Positions 25,352 to 38,304 of a DNA stretch of 64,000 nt are shown piece after piece. A program made the translations under genes and the position numbers. Source of the DNA: Stegostoma tigrinum (lineage: Eukaryota); the NCBI RefSeq assembly GCF_030684315.1, contig NC_081355.1:57645909-57709908 (forward strand), read 5' to 3'. The first letter of the stretch is position 1, and the number at the start of each line of letters is the position of its first letter. The notes under the pieces were generated by a model. It saw only the letters and a list, made by a program, of their open reading frames with translations. It did not search any database and was not told the DNA's origin.

Positions 25352-28300
25352 CGGCCTTGGACTTAGCCATTTCTAAAAGGCCTATAGTGCTCTTTCAAAT
25401 ACTAGGGTGTTTTGCCCAGGTCATTACCTTTGTGGAGGGGGCTGCTAGGCAAAATGAGAGTGCTTCAAAAGCCCACTCGATAATCGCCCTTAAATGTTTG
25501 TAAATAAATGCTCCCGATTTCTAGCAAAAATCAATAGATTTGTAATGTTTGGCTTGACGAGTCCCGAAAGCAATTGACGTGGGAACATATCGAGAAATAG
25601 TTAACGGCTTCTGTGATTAGACAAGTTTCTTCTGGAATTTGCAAATTAATTTAACTTGCAAAAGAGTAACACAAAAGACTGCCTTGTTTTACCACTACAT
25701 CTGCAGTTCATTTCAAATTCTTCTCATTGGTGCCTCCATCCACGCGTTCTAGGTACCAAACTTAAATAGACTGCTACTTATTTTTAAAATCGAATCCTAA
25801 AAAAAAGATTTAAGGGGGAAGGGATTTTGAATATGTAACTTCTTGCTTTAAGACAGACAACTTTTTTTTAAAAGCAAATCATCAATCTAACCATCCTAAA
25901 CTATTGTTTGCCGTTTAGGAATACATTTTAATTTCTTGCAAACTAACATAGTGACAAGTGTCAAATTAATAAAACGAAATTATTCGTTTGGAGTAGATTT
26001 CTTAGTTTTCTCGGGAGAAAAAGAAGTCAGATCGTACAAAGCTGATGCGTTTTTTCCTCTTACTTTTTAAGTCTGAGGCTTCAAATATAGTATATCACTT
26101 TCATTTAAATCAATGATCTTTCTATCTGTTGGTTCATTTTCCATCAGGCATTCTCTAATCCTTTCTGCGTATACAGGCATGGGTCTATTTTAAAGCAATA
26201 TTGCAAATTTCAAGTGGAAAGCATGTTGTTTAGAAAAGCATTTCATGGAGTCCGAATAAAGATGGCTTCTTCCTGTACTGATTAATGTACTAGAGGCAGC
26301 CTCAAATGTTGAAGAATCTTCCTTTTGTTAACTTTTAGTATATGATATATAATTTAAAAGGTAGTAGTACATATCACTTCTGTTTTTCTCCGCAAATATT
26401 TTATTTAGTTTTCCATTACCTGTGTGCTAACATTTACATTTTCAAAGGCTCACATTCTCCAGTTCTGCAGCGCAAGAACAAGGCTGCTGTACTACGGAAT
26501 AGCTTTATAAGAGATTTGTATCGTGTTACTCCCAATTTGTCTAGTATAGACAAAAGAAAGTAGTATAACATTCAAACTTTGTGAATCCACTTGATTTTAC
26601 ACGTTATTGTAGCATCGTTAAGTGTATTTTAATTTTATCTTCAACTAAATGGAAAGTATGCAAAGAAATGGTTAGGTTTGGTATCAACTGTTACATCCGG
26701 ATTGCAATAATCTCTGAAGCATTTAGTGCCACGAACAAATCCTGGTCTTTCCTTTTCACTAAAATCTCGTAATCCATACTGAATGGGTTGTAACTGTTTA
26801 TTTCAAACATCAGGAGACATGGTTAATTTTAAATAGTAACAAACTATTTAGATTAGGAATGAAGGTATCATCATGACTGCGTTGACGGAATTTTATATTG
26901 TTGTGGGGGTACATTTTAAGATTCAGAGAAAAAGAGACAAAGGCGCAATCGGATGCTTTCTCACAAAAAAACAAGAGGAGGACCTCAATTAGTGTTATTC
27001 CTGAATTTTTAGCAAGAAATTTTCGAATCTAATCTCTCTGTTCCCGTGAGTCTCGGAGTATTCTTGTGGTATTTAGACCGAACTGAGAGGAATACCATAA
27101 CAGCTCTACATATTTCCAATTAGATTATTTAAACGGGATTTAAACAAATTTGCTTTTGAGATGTCCCCTAATTTTAAATTAATGCCAGTGGATTCACATT
27201 TTCAAAACTGATTCAGATTGAGGAGAAATATCTCCAACTTCAATCTAAATAATGCCGATCTTGTCTGCCAGTCAGACCGTGTACTCTGCTGTATGATGAA
27301 CTCCGACATGCGGAAGACTGCTGTATTGTAATCTCTAACCAAAGAAAGCGAGGAAACGGCGAACCTAACTAAAATAATTCGATTTCTATTTTTGTGAGGA
27401 TGAGTATCTTAATTTTTCGTACAGTCGTTGAAAGTTTACCTGCTGCATATACACAACAGATAGAAAAATTACCGTGGTCGATTTTTCAAGATGAAATACA
27501 ACATGTCTCGATCATGAAAAGAGTATTTTTTTCTTTCCTTTCGTCAGTAATTGAGGTCGTTCAGTCGCTCGGGTTCACCTGGAGTCCATAGCATGATACA
27601 CGAGTAACTCAAAGCTATTTTATCTTTTGTGCTGATAGTCAAGATCGCGCTATAACATTGACATCAAACTCTGTCTGAGCAGATGATTACAAGTCGTGCA
27701 AAACGTAAACTTTTGACCCTCAACTTTTTGACCTACAGTTGTACCGCCCTACCAACCACGGTACAGGGAGCCCTTTTCTCAAAGCACTGCTGAGGACTGA
27801 AATAATATCCCCTTTCGTTCACTGTTTTCATGATGTACTGCTAATTTCAGTTCGGGGAATCCTGAACACACTGTCCCCATCACCACCACCCCCATCGCCC
27901 CCCCCCCCCCCGCCCAACATGCTCCTTCACCCCCACCACAATTGCTTCCTCCCCATAAGTGAAACCTTTCTTTAATCTCAAAAATCGCATGAACCTCAAC
28001 TGTCGGCAAGCTGTTTATTCAAGGGCTCTTTTATTTAGTTGGATGTGTCAAAATGGGTAAGTTTTTACCGTATCGGCCAGCTAATGTAATTATAGATAAC
28101 ACAAAAAACATTAAGTTTTTGGGTTTATTTTAGTATATCCATCCTTTTCTGTTGCACTAATAGAACAATGGAAGTGTGAGCTTCCAGTCGTTGCTCATAT
28201 AAAATGACTGTGAACTTGGTCTAAAGCGAGCTCTGCTGGTGAGTCGCAGAGTGTGCAGATGTAATTTCTGGTAAATCTCTCCCCCTTTCTCTTTCCTGAA

Positions 28301-31300
28301 CGCATACCCTCCTCGATTTTAGCAACGAAAACCCTTAATGGAACAATTCAAATATCCACGATTTAAGTTTTATATTGAATGCAAAAAGTGGCGAGGTTGC
28401 GTTCATAATTTGTTTTATTGCTGTATTAATGTCACATCCTTTAAAAAAAAACGCAATGTGACACAGCTGATATTGCAACTGCAATTATCAGAGGAAATAA
28501 CAAATAAAACATCAAAAATTTAGTTTAAAAATCCTCTTGCGTATTGATTCAATGTGCACATTCCTCAAAAGATTAACTTAAATTTTCCCATCACTTTTTC
28601 AAGAGAACTACAATCCGAACCAATGTGAAGACATTTTTACAATTTATGTTGGCTTTATTACTATTACATAATAATACTTTCTTTAGAGAAGTGGATTGCT
28701 GGTGATTACTTTTCTTCGGAAACAAATTGTTTGAGATAATGAAATTTTTTAAAAAGTGGGTTCGTGTGTTTTTCTCTCCATGCCAAGTTTACTATGATGC
28801 AATGATAACACACAATCCTTCAGCTCTATGATTCAATATCTTGCATTCAGGTAAATGGATCAGTTATTAATGAAGCCATTTACGGAAGAGTTAAATAGAC
28901 CTCAATTTCTACAAGGTAGTTCTCCACCTGAATCTCCGATGCTGAGAAGTTCACCGCAGACTATCTAGTGTCAATTTGCTTCCTCACATTGTTTGCCTGC
29001 TCAGGATCAGTTAACTTCGTAAATGATGAGTACCAAAACACATCATGCAAAACGAGAGCAAGAAATAAAGTGTAAATACAATACAATCCCCGAACCTATA
29101 TAAGCATATTCAATTCTGTTTTTTTTAATCAAACGCCTTCATAGTATTGTTTAGAAGGCGGAGGATTCCATTTAAAAAAGTTCAATGATAACTAACCAGA
29201 TCGTTAAAATCCGATATAGCAATTATCATTGAAACAGAAACCCCGTCTGTAAAAGCGATATTCACCCTGATCATTACGTAACATGGAAAGGAGATGCTAG
29301 ATTATTACGTGCATGACGATATTGCTATGCACATATTGCTAATTATTTCCCTGATAATGAAATACCTTTTTCATACACAAATGAAGAAAAATTAGTGTTT
29401 TATCTTTCAATTTATTTTACTGCGCTAATGAAGGCCAAAACAATTATCTGTTACTTTGCTTCCAAATAGAAAATCACAATGCTGCGGATCCCCTCAATCC
29501 GCTGAAAGGAGGTACATAAAGATTCATCACAATCTCACACAATATGCAGCTGCACAGATTTACAACTGGGAAACTGCATTAAGCTAACAGTAGGTCCAGC
29601 TTTGGATTTCTTCGAGAAGCTCATTTGCAAAGCTTAGGCAAAATTCTATTGTGTCCAAAAGACAAACTAGCATACGTTGCTATTGAAAAATGTGCTGTCC
29701 TTTCGGTGCCCTTAGCAGAGACGAAACGTAAGCACGTCACATTCCAGATTTTATGGCGACCACCTCTCTGTTTTACTACCCGCAACTTGTTATTTGTTTT
29801 GCACTTGTATCTTTCCCGTGCTACGCTTCAGAGAATTGTTGGCAATCCGTGCAATAACTGTTTTTATTTTTTCTCAAGAAACGCAGATTAATGAGCTGCA
29901 GCGTTAAAGACACGATATCTGATAGCTCCGGATTAAGTGCCTCAACCAAAACTTTGCCAATAGCTTAATTTCAGAAAGAGCAAAGACCTTGGATTTAGAT
30001 TTAGACTGGCCAATCAGATTTATTTATTGTATAGAAGACTTACGAGGGAAAACTGAATTGCTGATTACAGATTAAACACTCCATGGTGACAGAAAGTGAA
30101 GAATTTGTTGATAATCTATATTTGACCAATGGAACAAATGAGTTTTAAGCTGCAGATCACATTTCCCTTCAGTGAAAAGGTTGCATGGAGACAATTTGTA
30201 AAATACTCCCACAAGGCACCCGCTCTTTCCTAAAATTGTATCAGTTCACACACACGTACGGTGGCAGCCCTAAACATAGAAAGATGTCTCCTGAAAGACA
30301 ATTTCACACATTTCTCTTCACAAAGTGTTATTCCCCCACGAGACACACAAACACAAAACTTACTTACTATTTGTTTACTAAATTTAGAAACAAGAAAACT
30401 CACTACTCTTGAGGAATACATCACTGCCTTCACGATTAAAGAAAGGTTGGGATTTCACGAAAGGAACTCCACAACGATACGTGAGGGTTACTTTCTTTCC
30501 GCCTAAGGATATTGTTACTAAGTTTAAATAAACAGTTACATGTTTAGTTTGTTTTATTACACCTTGCATTTCTCCCCCCACTCTAGCAGCCCGTCAGCTC
30601 TGCTCCAACACCAGCCCCCACCATAACCTATCTTCTCCCCTCCCAAGCCTGTTATGGAGTTTCGGTTTTTAAACTGAAAAGTTTTCGAGATTTCAGCGCG
30701 CTAACAAATGTACCAATAACACTGACCTTTGCGCAAACTGAAACGAAATAATGGATTATTACTAATGGTTGGGGAGACAACTACAAGTAATTCAATTGCA
30801 AATTTTATAACTGGAATATAAATTGGAACTGAAAGTGCCAGTGTAGCGCTAAGTGAAGCTAAAAAAATTTTTTGCCTAATTATGAAATGGATTTAAGTGT
30901 TCTCATAGATGATAAATTAAACTGTCATATTTAAATGTAAACTAATACGAAGGAAATTGCAACCTATTGACGCGATTGGCATGGCCGATCCGGAACTACT
31001 ATAGCAATATTGGTGCTGATTTCCTTTATTTACTGTTGAATCTTTATTGCACATCGTAAAACAGACCTAATTGTAGTGGAATGTTTTGAGTAGAAATTCT
31101 GCAGGGTAATTGCTTTCTACCGTATTATCCCTTGTAAACGTATGGCCGCCTGCCATCTGCAATCTCTTGTGTTATAGTTTGGGGTTGTCTTCACAGAAAA
31201 TATTGAATAACTAAAGAAACTAAGGAGCATCTTCCAAATTTATTAAATGTTGTACTTTTGATTCAAAGCACCACGTCTTGATGCAGAAAATTATACTCGT

Positions 31301-32424
31301 ATGTCGCCAAAAACACATTAGACTAGCGGAAGCTTCAAAGAATGAAAAGCTGGTCATAAAGTTTATGGTTCGTCAGCCACAACTGTGGGAAACCTGCAAT
31401 TGACCAAAAGCAATGTTGGTGTTACAACAGTCAGATTTAAAGTTGCAGTAACTCTTCCGCTGGCTGTATTTCAAAGGCTTTCCTTTTTATCTGTACCTCA
31501 TTCTAGGCTATTCGGATGAGGATTTTTATGTTCTTCTGTATTAACATTTATTTACAACACGTGTACTTTCATCATTCAAGAGAGGGTTGTCTGTCCCCAT
31601 TAGCGTTTAAACGGAAAATAAGGACAAGACTTTTGAATGCGTGAAATACTGCATGTAACGTATTGCATAATATCTAAGGCAGGCCTATTGCGACGACAGA
31701 AGTTCTGCTGTAACGTTGAAAGTAAGAACTAATTGCAATGTTTTCACAATATGCTTGAAGATATCAGTGGTGTACAATTTCCCAAAATGTGTGACAAATA
31801 ATCTGAAAATACATAACTCTCAACAGTACCAACTGGAGGCAGGAGCATAACATTACCCTCAAGAAAATACAACTGAATAATGACAGCACAGGGATGCAGG
31901 AGAAAGTAAACCAAGTAGAAGAATAACAAAAACGTATTAAGATGTTGAACACTGCCAGGACATTTAATTAACATTACTTGAATATGCTGTAAAATCTTCT
32001 AACACATAAAATACTTTAAAATTCGAACATTTAGTATTCAAAAAGTTACTTCTTTTTAATCTTGCTCATTCATATATTTTTGCCAAAGAGGAGTTCTACA
32101 CTAGCACAAGGAATACAATCAACACCTTGCCCATACATGTTTCTGCCTCAGTGCACCCTGGGTGCAGCTTAAGTCCATTCTACTGGGCCAACACTCCTCG
32201 TGAAATGTAATTATCGTTAATATTTCAACAAAAATTTACCTTCTCTTGCAAGAAAACACAACTTTCCTGTGCATTGGAGTTGTGGAGCTGTGGATAGTCC
32301 TCTGAACATGAAAATTAGCCATTTAAGTGGCCTGTCTGCACACACAATCTGCAAAGGAACCAAATGAAGTCCAGCGTCAGTGAGATTATATGTTATGTAG
32401 AATATACTGTTGGTTGTCAACTCC

Positions 32425-32605
32425 CCAAAACCATAAAACTTACTTTAATGACACCACGTGATTTTTTATAGCCAGTGAGGCTATCAGTCTGTGCTATGGA
32501 TGATTTTACGATCTAATTCATAGACAAAACCCTATTCATTTGGCACCCAAATGTCATATAGCCGGAACTGAGGTGTATAAAAGTTTATTGATTATAACTT
32601 TAAAG
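32425..32605. promoter_or_regulatory. Conserved non-coding block 3' of HoxA5 (Cdx/Hox sites, E-box)
   Basis: CCATAAAA, CACGTG (32455), TTTTATA, TGATTTTACGA and ATAAAAGTTTATTG are densely packed. The sequence is recognised from the mammalian Hoxa5 3' region (recall). Confidence 0.6.
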
Positions 32606-34086
32606 GACAAACACTCAGTAACCAGAAAGCGTAAAAGTGCTGATCCCCCTTGCTGTCAGGAACTAAGAGGCGAATTTTCTGTCCTGCCTTCAAGCGGTAA
32701 GTAAAGTTAACTGTATAAAGTGAAAAATACCTGTTGGGAAAGGTTTACGCTACGCTTTGGTCGAGTGCTTGAGAGAACGTGACTAACGCCTACCTGCGGA
32801 ACAAAGTGGGTGATTTGCTTCAAGACTCCCTTTTTCCTCAGACCAAAACTATAGAGTTTCCGAAAAGTCATGTCTATAAAGATGGTGCGTGTAAATGCAC
32901 GATCAGCAACAATAACAACAACAAAGAAATTGGATGTTAGCGGGAAATGTGTGGTTCAGCAAATAGTGCTGATTTGCGCAGACAGTGCGCATGGAACAAT
33001 GCTGCAAGAGAACCTGTTTAATTTGAATTGCGTAAAAATACTAAATTACCATATGGTACCACGTTTAGGTACTGTATTGGCTATTACTTGCAAAACTCTG
33101 AAATTTGCAGTAATCAAAGATGTAGAAAATCTGCTTGTTGATTGCCCGACTTTATAAGTTTACGCAACTTGATTGCTTGTTGTAAACCCCAGCTGTACGG
33201 GTTTTCCCTCTGGATGACTTGTGCAAAGTTGTACAGATTGGGAGAAGCTCACTTTTTAGTGAGAGTTTTGAACTGAAACTATAATCAACGGAATTATTCG
33301 AAACTGTTTACATCACTGGGCAACAGACACAGCAGAAAAAAAAACTTATCTGGGAGCCAAAGTCCAGGAAAGTTACTATAGAAACTTTATTTTAACTTCC
33401 AGTCAGTTTTAAAAACAAATACAAAAGCTCATCACGAATTTCTTAAACTGCCAGTCTTTTAGGCTATATATTTATCCTTTGTCACAAAAACATACACTGA
33501 CGCTGCGCTAAGAGCCACTTATTGGAGTTCGTGCAAAGTCATACAAAGGCACAGCATAGACATACAGTTCAGAGTCGCAATATCCTTCACAAAATTCACT
33601 GGTCACTAATAACACAGAATAGGTAGCATCTCGGTGATTTAACACTACGATATCAATTACAGAGGACGATGTCCTGAAATTAAATACATATTGCAAGCTT
33701 GGAGCTATTTTGACATTTAGCAACACTAACACTTACATACACTTTTTTGCAGAGTGCAACACATTATTACATTTTAACTGGACGATTTTATACAGTTACT
33801 TCAAGTAACACCGCTTGTATTAATATAAATAAGTTAAACAACTATAATTCACAAAGCTACCCTACTCCTACAACATTGTTGTTACTCCTAGACAATATAC
33901 TGTAAGCAGATTACTTGTACAAGCAACAGTACGACCAGAAAACAGACTAACGATTCAAAGATTGGGATAGGGCAACGTGGAAATGGTTTTCTTCATAGAA
34001 GTAACACGGGAGAGAAGTTTTGGAAGTCAGTACTGTATTGACATTATGCTAATTGGTCAGCTTATACTGCCCAGTACTTCTATTGA

Positions 34087-34449
<363 letters not shown>

Positions 34450-34811
34450 CTAGCCCAGGCATTTCTATGCTAACCCTTGCGCTCTTGCTGTACCTTAATA
34501 CCAAAATTACTTCAGAAACTTAACAGTAACTAGATGTGAAAGTGCCCACTTGGAGAAAGCTGTCCCATAATAAACCACACCTTTTCCTCTCCAACAATTC
34601 TTATTTATTCTTACATTACGGATAGAAAGCTAGACACCTTACTAATAAAAACGCCACCACCCACATAGTTCCAATATATTTGCAACTTTGATAAGATGAC
34701 CCTTCCAGAGATATCTAGAAACATTAGCGTGCACGTTTAATATTTTGATTTTCAACATTCAGAGTAATTCAAGACTCCACCAATGGAAAGATAAGAGAGA
34801 AGGGATTTTAC

Positions 34812-35391
34812 CGTGACTTATGTGCAGTTTTCGCATCCAGGGGTAAATTTGAGGCTGTTGTTGTGCTGTGCTTTGCCCGTTCTGTGAACTTGGAGGGTCG
34901 CTGCTTGCCGGGGTGTCATCCTCAGTACCAGGCGATGTGCCAACCCCATCTCTACTGATGTGACTGCTGCTGCTGTTGCTGGAATTTGAGGAGGTAGTTG
35001 GGCTTGCTATGGAGTTTTTGATTCCGTGGTGGTTTTCGCTAGCAGGCGGACTGACCACGGCGGAACAGGGCAGAGGGTCAGGTGAAGGAGACTGAGTGGA
35101 TGTGGCAGGTTGGTTGTACCTGGTGTCTGCTCCTGCTTCTGGTCCTGCTGCTGCTGTTGTTGCTGCTGCAGAGTAGCTTCGAGATCGTTCACTGGCATTA
35201 AAGTGGTTAGATGCTGGACGGCTAATGCTGAGATCCATCCCATTGTAGCCGTAGCCGTACCTGCTGGAATGCATCGTTGCAGAATCCCTGTATTGCTCGC
35301 TCACCGAGCTATGATCTCCATAATTATGTAACTGGTAGTCCGGGCCATTTGGATAGCGACCGCAGAATGAGTTTACAAAGTAAGAGCTCAT
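34812..35391 (-). CDS. hoxa5: HoxA5 coding exon 1
   Basis: [33 protein letters not shown] start; [15 protein letters not shown]; donor G|GTAAAA at 34811. About 276 aa when spliced. Confidence 0.97.
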
Positions 35392-35610
35392 TTGATTTTT
35401 TTATTTATTTATTTTTACTTGATTTGTGGCTCTTGGTCGCTTGTGCGTCTAGCACCCTGCACAATTTATGATGAATTATGGAAATGACTGGGACATGTAC
35501 TTCGTTCCCTCCTACGTAGGCGCCCAAATATGGGGTACGACTTGGAATCACGTGCTTTTGTTGTCCAGTCGTAAATTCTCACTGATGACCTCTAGAGTTA
35601 AATCCATGCA
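35392..35610 (-). promoter_or_regulatory. Highly conserved HoxA5 5'UTR and proximal promoter
   Basis: Recognised PG5 block gcacaatttatgatgaattatggaaatgactgggacatgtac...ccctcctacgtagg...cccaaatatggggtacgac...cacgtgcttttgttgtccagtcgtaaat; E-box CACGTG at 35549. Confidence 0.75.
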
Positions 35611-35710
35611 CTGTGGCTCCAAACTGGAAGGTTGCGTGTAAGGAAGAGCGTGGGGCGCGCGCACAGGGGCGCGCCGCCGGCTCCCCGCAGTAGCTTTGGG
35701 TTGTCCTTGC

Positions 35711-35724
35711 GCGCCACCCTCTGG
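35711..35724 (-). promoter_or_regulatory. CTCF-like site between HoxA5 and HoxA6 (C5|6 position)
   Basis: Minus strand AGTCT-CCAGAGGGTGGCGC in a small CpG-rich patch (35630-35790). Close to the mammalian C5|6 motif as recalled (AGTCTCCAGCGGGTGGCGC). Confidence 0.7.
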
Positions 35725-37414
35725 AGACTATGAATCCTGTGGTTCGGATAAACGGGGTAATCGGCCTCGGGTCGAATTAAGGCTACCCACAAATTTCAAA
35801 CGTAACCGTTACATTTCGTAGAACAAATCACATGAAACAACGTGGAGAGGCATCTTTCAAAAAAGAAAAGATTCACGCCAGACAATGGTGCATTTGTTCA
35901 ATCCCCACGCAGAGACATTTTAAAAATATGCTGCCGCTGACAGTGTTACAAAGAGGACTTGAGGGTGTCTTGTCACTGATTTGGTTTGATGTTTTTATAA
36001 AGAATAGATTTAATTGTAGTTATAATGTTTTTACCGTCTTTATACGTCTTTGATGTCATCGCAGATTTGCTCAGGGAAAAACGGCGTCTTACACATCAAA
36101 ATGCCATTTTTTCATGTGCTACTCTTCTCAAATTTCTCTTTAGTCCGTGTAGTTCATAGTATTGAGCATTTATTCGCGTTTAGGCGGAAATTTGAAGCCA
36201 TCACGAAGCTAAACTATTGGACCAACCTTTGTGTTCTTAAAAATCAGGTCACGTATATTGAAGATGAATTTAAATCGTTCCAGTTTACTTTCGTACACTG
36301 TACATGTTAAACCAGAATTCCATTTTAATTGTAAAATAAACATAATATTGAGCCTAAATTTACATGGAAACAATTTCTTTACACACAGTTTAGTGTTGGT
36401 TCGATACGATGAAATGCTATGCAAGATCCAACAAAAGAGGGTCCACTTAACAAATAACAATCCATCTAATCAAAACAAGAGCTCTGTGTCCGATGCTGTG
36501 TCTAGCTTCGCTGCAATAAACATGAAGAATATTTCATAATTTACCAGCGGATTCAGCTGCATCTTTAGTTCTGCGTTCAGTGAACATTGCCGTATTTAGT
36601 GGCCTTAGAAGCTAAATAGTCATTCCTACCACGTATACTGTCTATCTTTTTCTCTCTGAAACAAGGACATCTACCGATCAATTTCACAGTGCTAAGTTTC
36701 CTTTCACAGCTTATTTAATACAAAAAACTTTTCGGCAGCTTTAATTGAAGGCTAAACTTTTAGAAATCGGATAGTTTATTTATATATATATTACTGTATA
36801 TATTTAATATAGATTTAAGAAAATTTCACTTGCGAAATTTCAATTTAGAGCAATAGCGTCGCCAGGCAGAATTTATTTATCCCATGGCTGTCAAGTCACA
36901 AGCAAATATATTTGCTTCTCTTGGTAGAGAAAACATGGCACAAGCTACCTAAACACTGTGTCCTCTTCATTTGACAAAAAAACAAAAGCAATATGAAATC
37001 TTGCAGTAAACTATTGACATATACAATATCATATTTATCATTTGCAAATGGCCATATCTACTACGTTCATTATTTGAAGGCTGTCAAATTATATTTAAAC
37101 CTACCCATTGAAACAACTAGAATACTGTTTGAGGAGTAAATCATCACATAGTAACGACTAGAGAAGCAGAGACACACACTTCGCACTTATAAAACAATTA
37201 ATCCTAAATGCCGTATAATTATAGTGTGCTGTGGAATGCAGAGTGTTTTCAACACTTCCTCTAGCACTGATACATTGACACAAGCTCAGACAGAGAGGGG
37301 CAACGAAAACGAACAGAAATACGAATTTTTTTCTGTACTGTTTAGCAGAATGAGCAAATAAGAACTCACTACCAAACAGAAAGGCCCAGACTAACTTCTT
37401 GGGGTTTCGCGCTC

Positions 37415-37741
<327 letters not shown>

Positions 37742-37874
37742 CTATTGCTCAATCTTCCGACTCTAGAAAGTGTGCGGCATTTAACGTAACAATTAACATA
37801 TGCATGCACTCTTTACGTAAAGTTGGCTCGTACTGTCAAGTTTTAACATGTAATTTTCTACTGTAAGTACTCAC

Positions 37875-38304
37875 TAGAACTTGAATTCATTCGTTGCATC
37901 CAAGGGTAAATTGGAGTACTGTACTTCCGGTCGTTTCCTTCTTCATTTAAAATTTTGTTTTGTGCACAATCTGTTTTGTACTGTTGGTCTGAGGAAAAGA
38001 AATCATCCTGGGCTCTGTGCTTTCCACTTCCGGATGGCGAAACACTGGTTAGATCCTTTTCAGGATAGAAACAAGAAGCTCCATATTCATACGATGCCCG
38101 ATTGCAAGCTATTACTGAGTTAGATTGTTGGTAATAACAAGGTGACGAGTAACTCTTATCCTGGAGCGTCGCTGCCCCATAGGAAGCTGGAAAGTGCCTT
38201 AGAGCATCATACCCCGTTGTATAGAGTGGGATCTGTCCGAGGAAGGAGTCCTGGCCACTGGGCAGTGAAACAGGGAAAGTAGGGTTCACAAAATACGAAC
38301 TCAT
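37875..38304 (-). CDS. hoxa6: HoxA6 coding exon 1
   Basis: [24 protein letters not shown] start (ATG 38304); [10 protein letters not shown]; donor A|GTGAGT at 37874. 200-bp intron; about 229 aa. Confidence 0.96.

Noticed and set aside
31097-31108. TACCCTGCAGAA (minus strand), resembling the 5' end of miR-10
   Set aside because: It has a seed mismatch, no 3' half, no star arm, and lies far from the usual position just 5' of Hox4. No miR-10 hairpin was found between A4 and A5.
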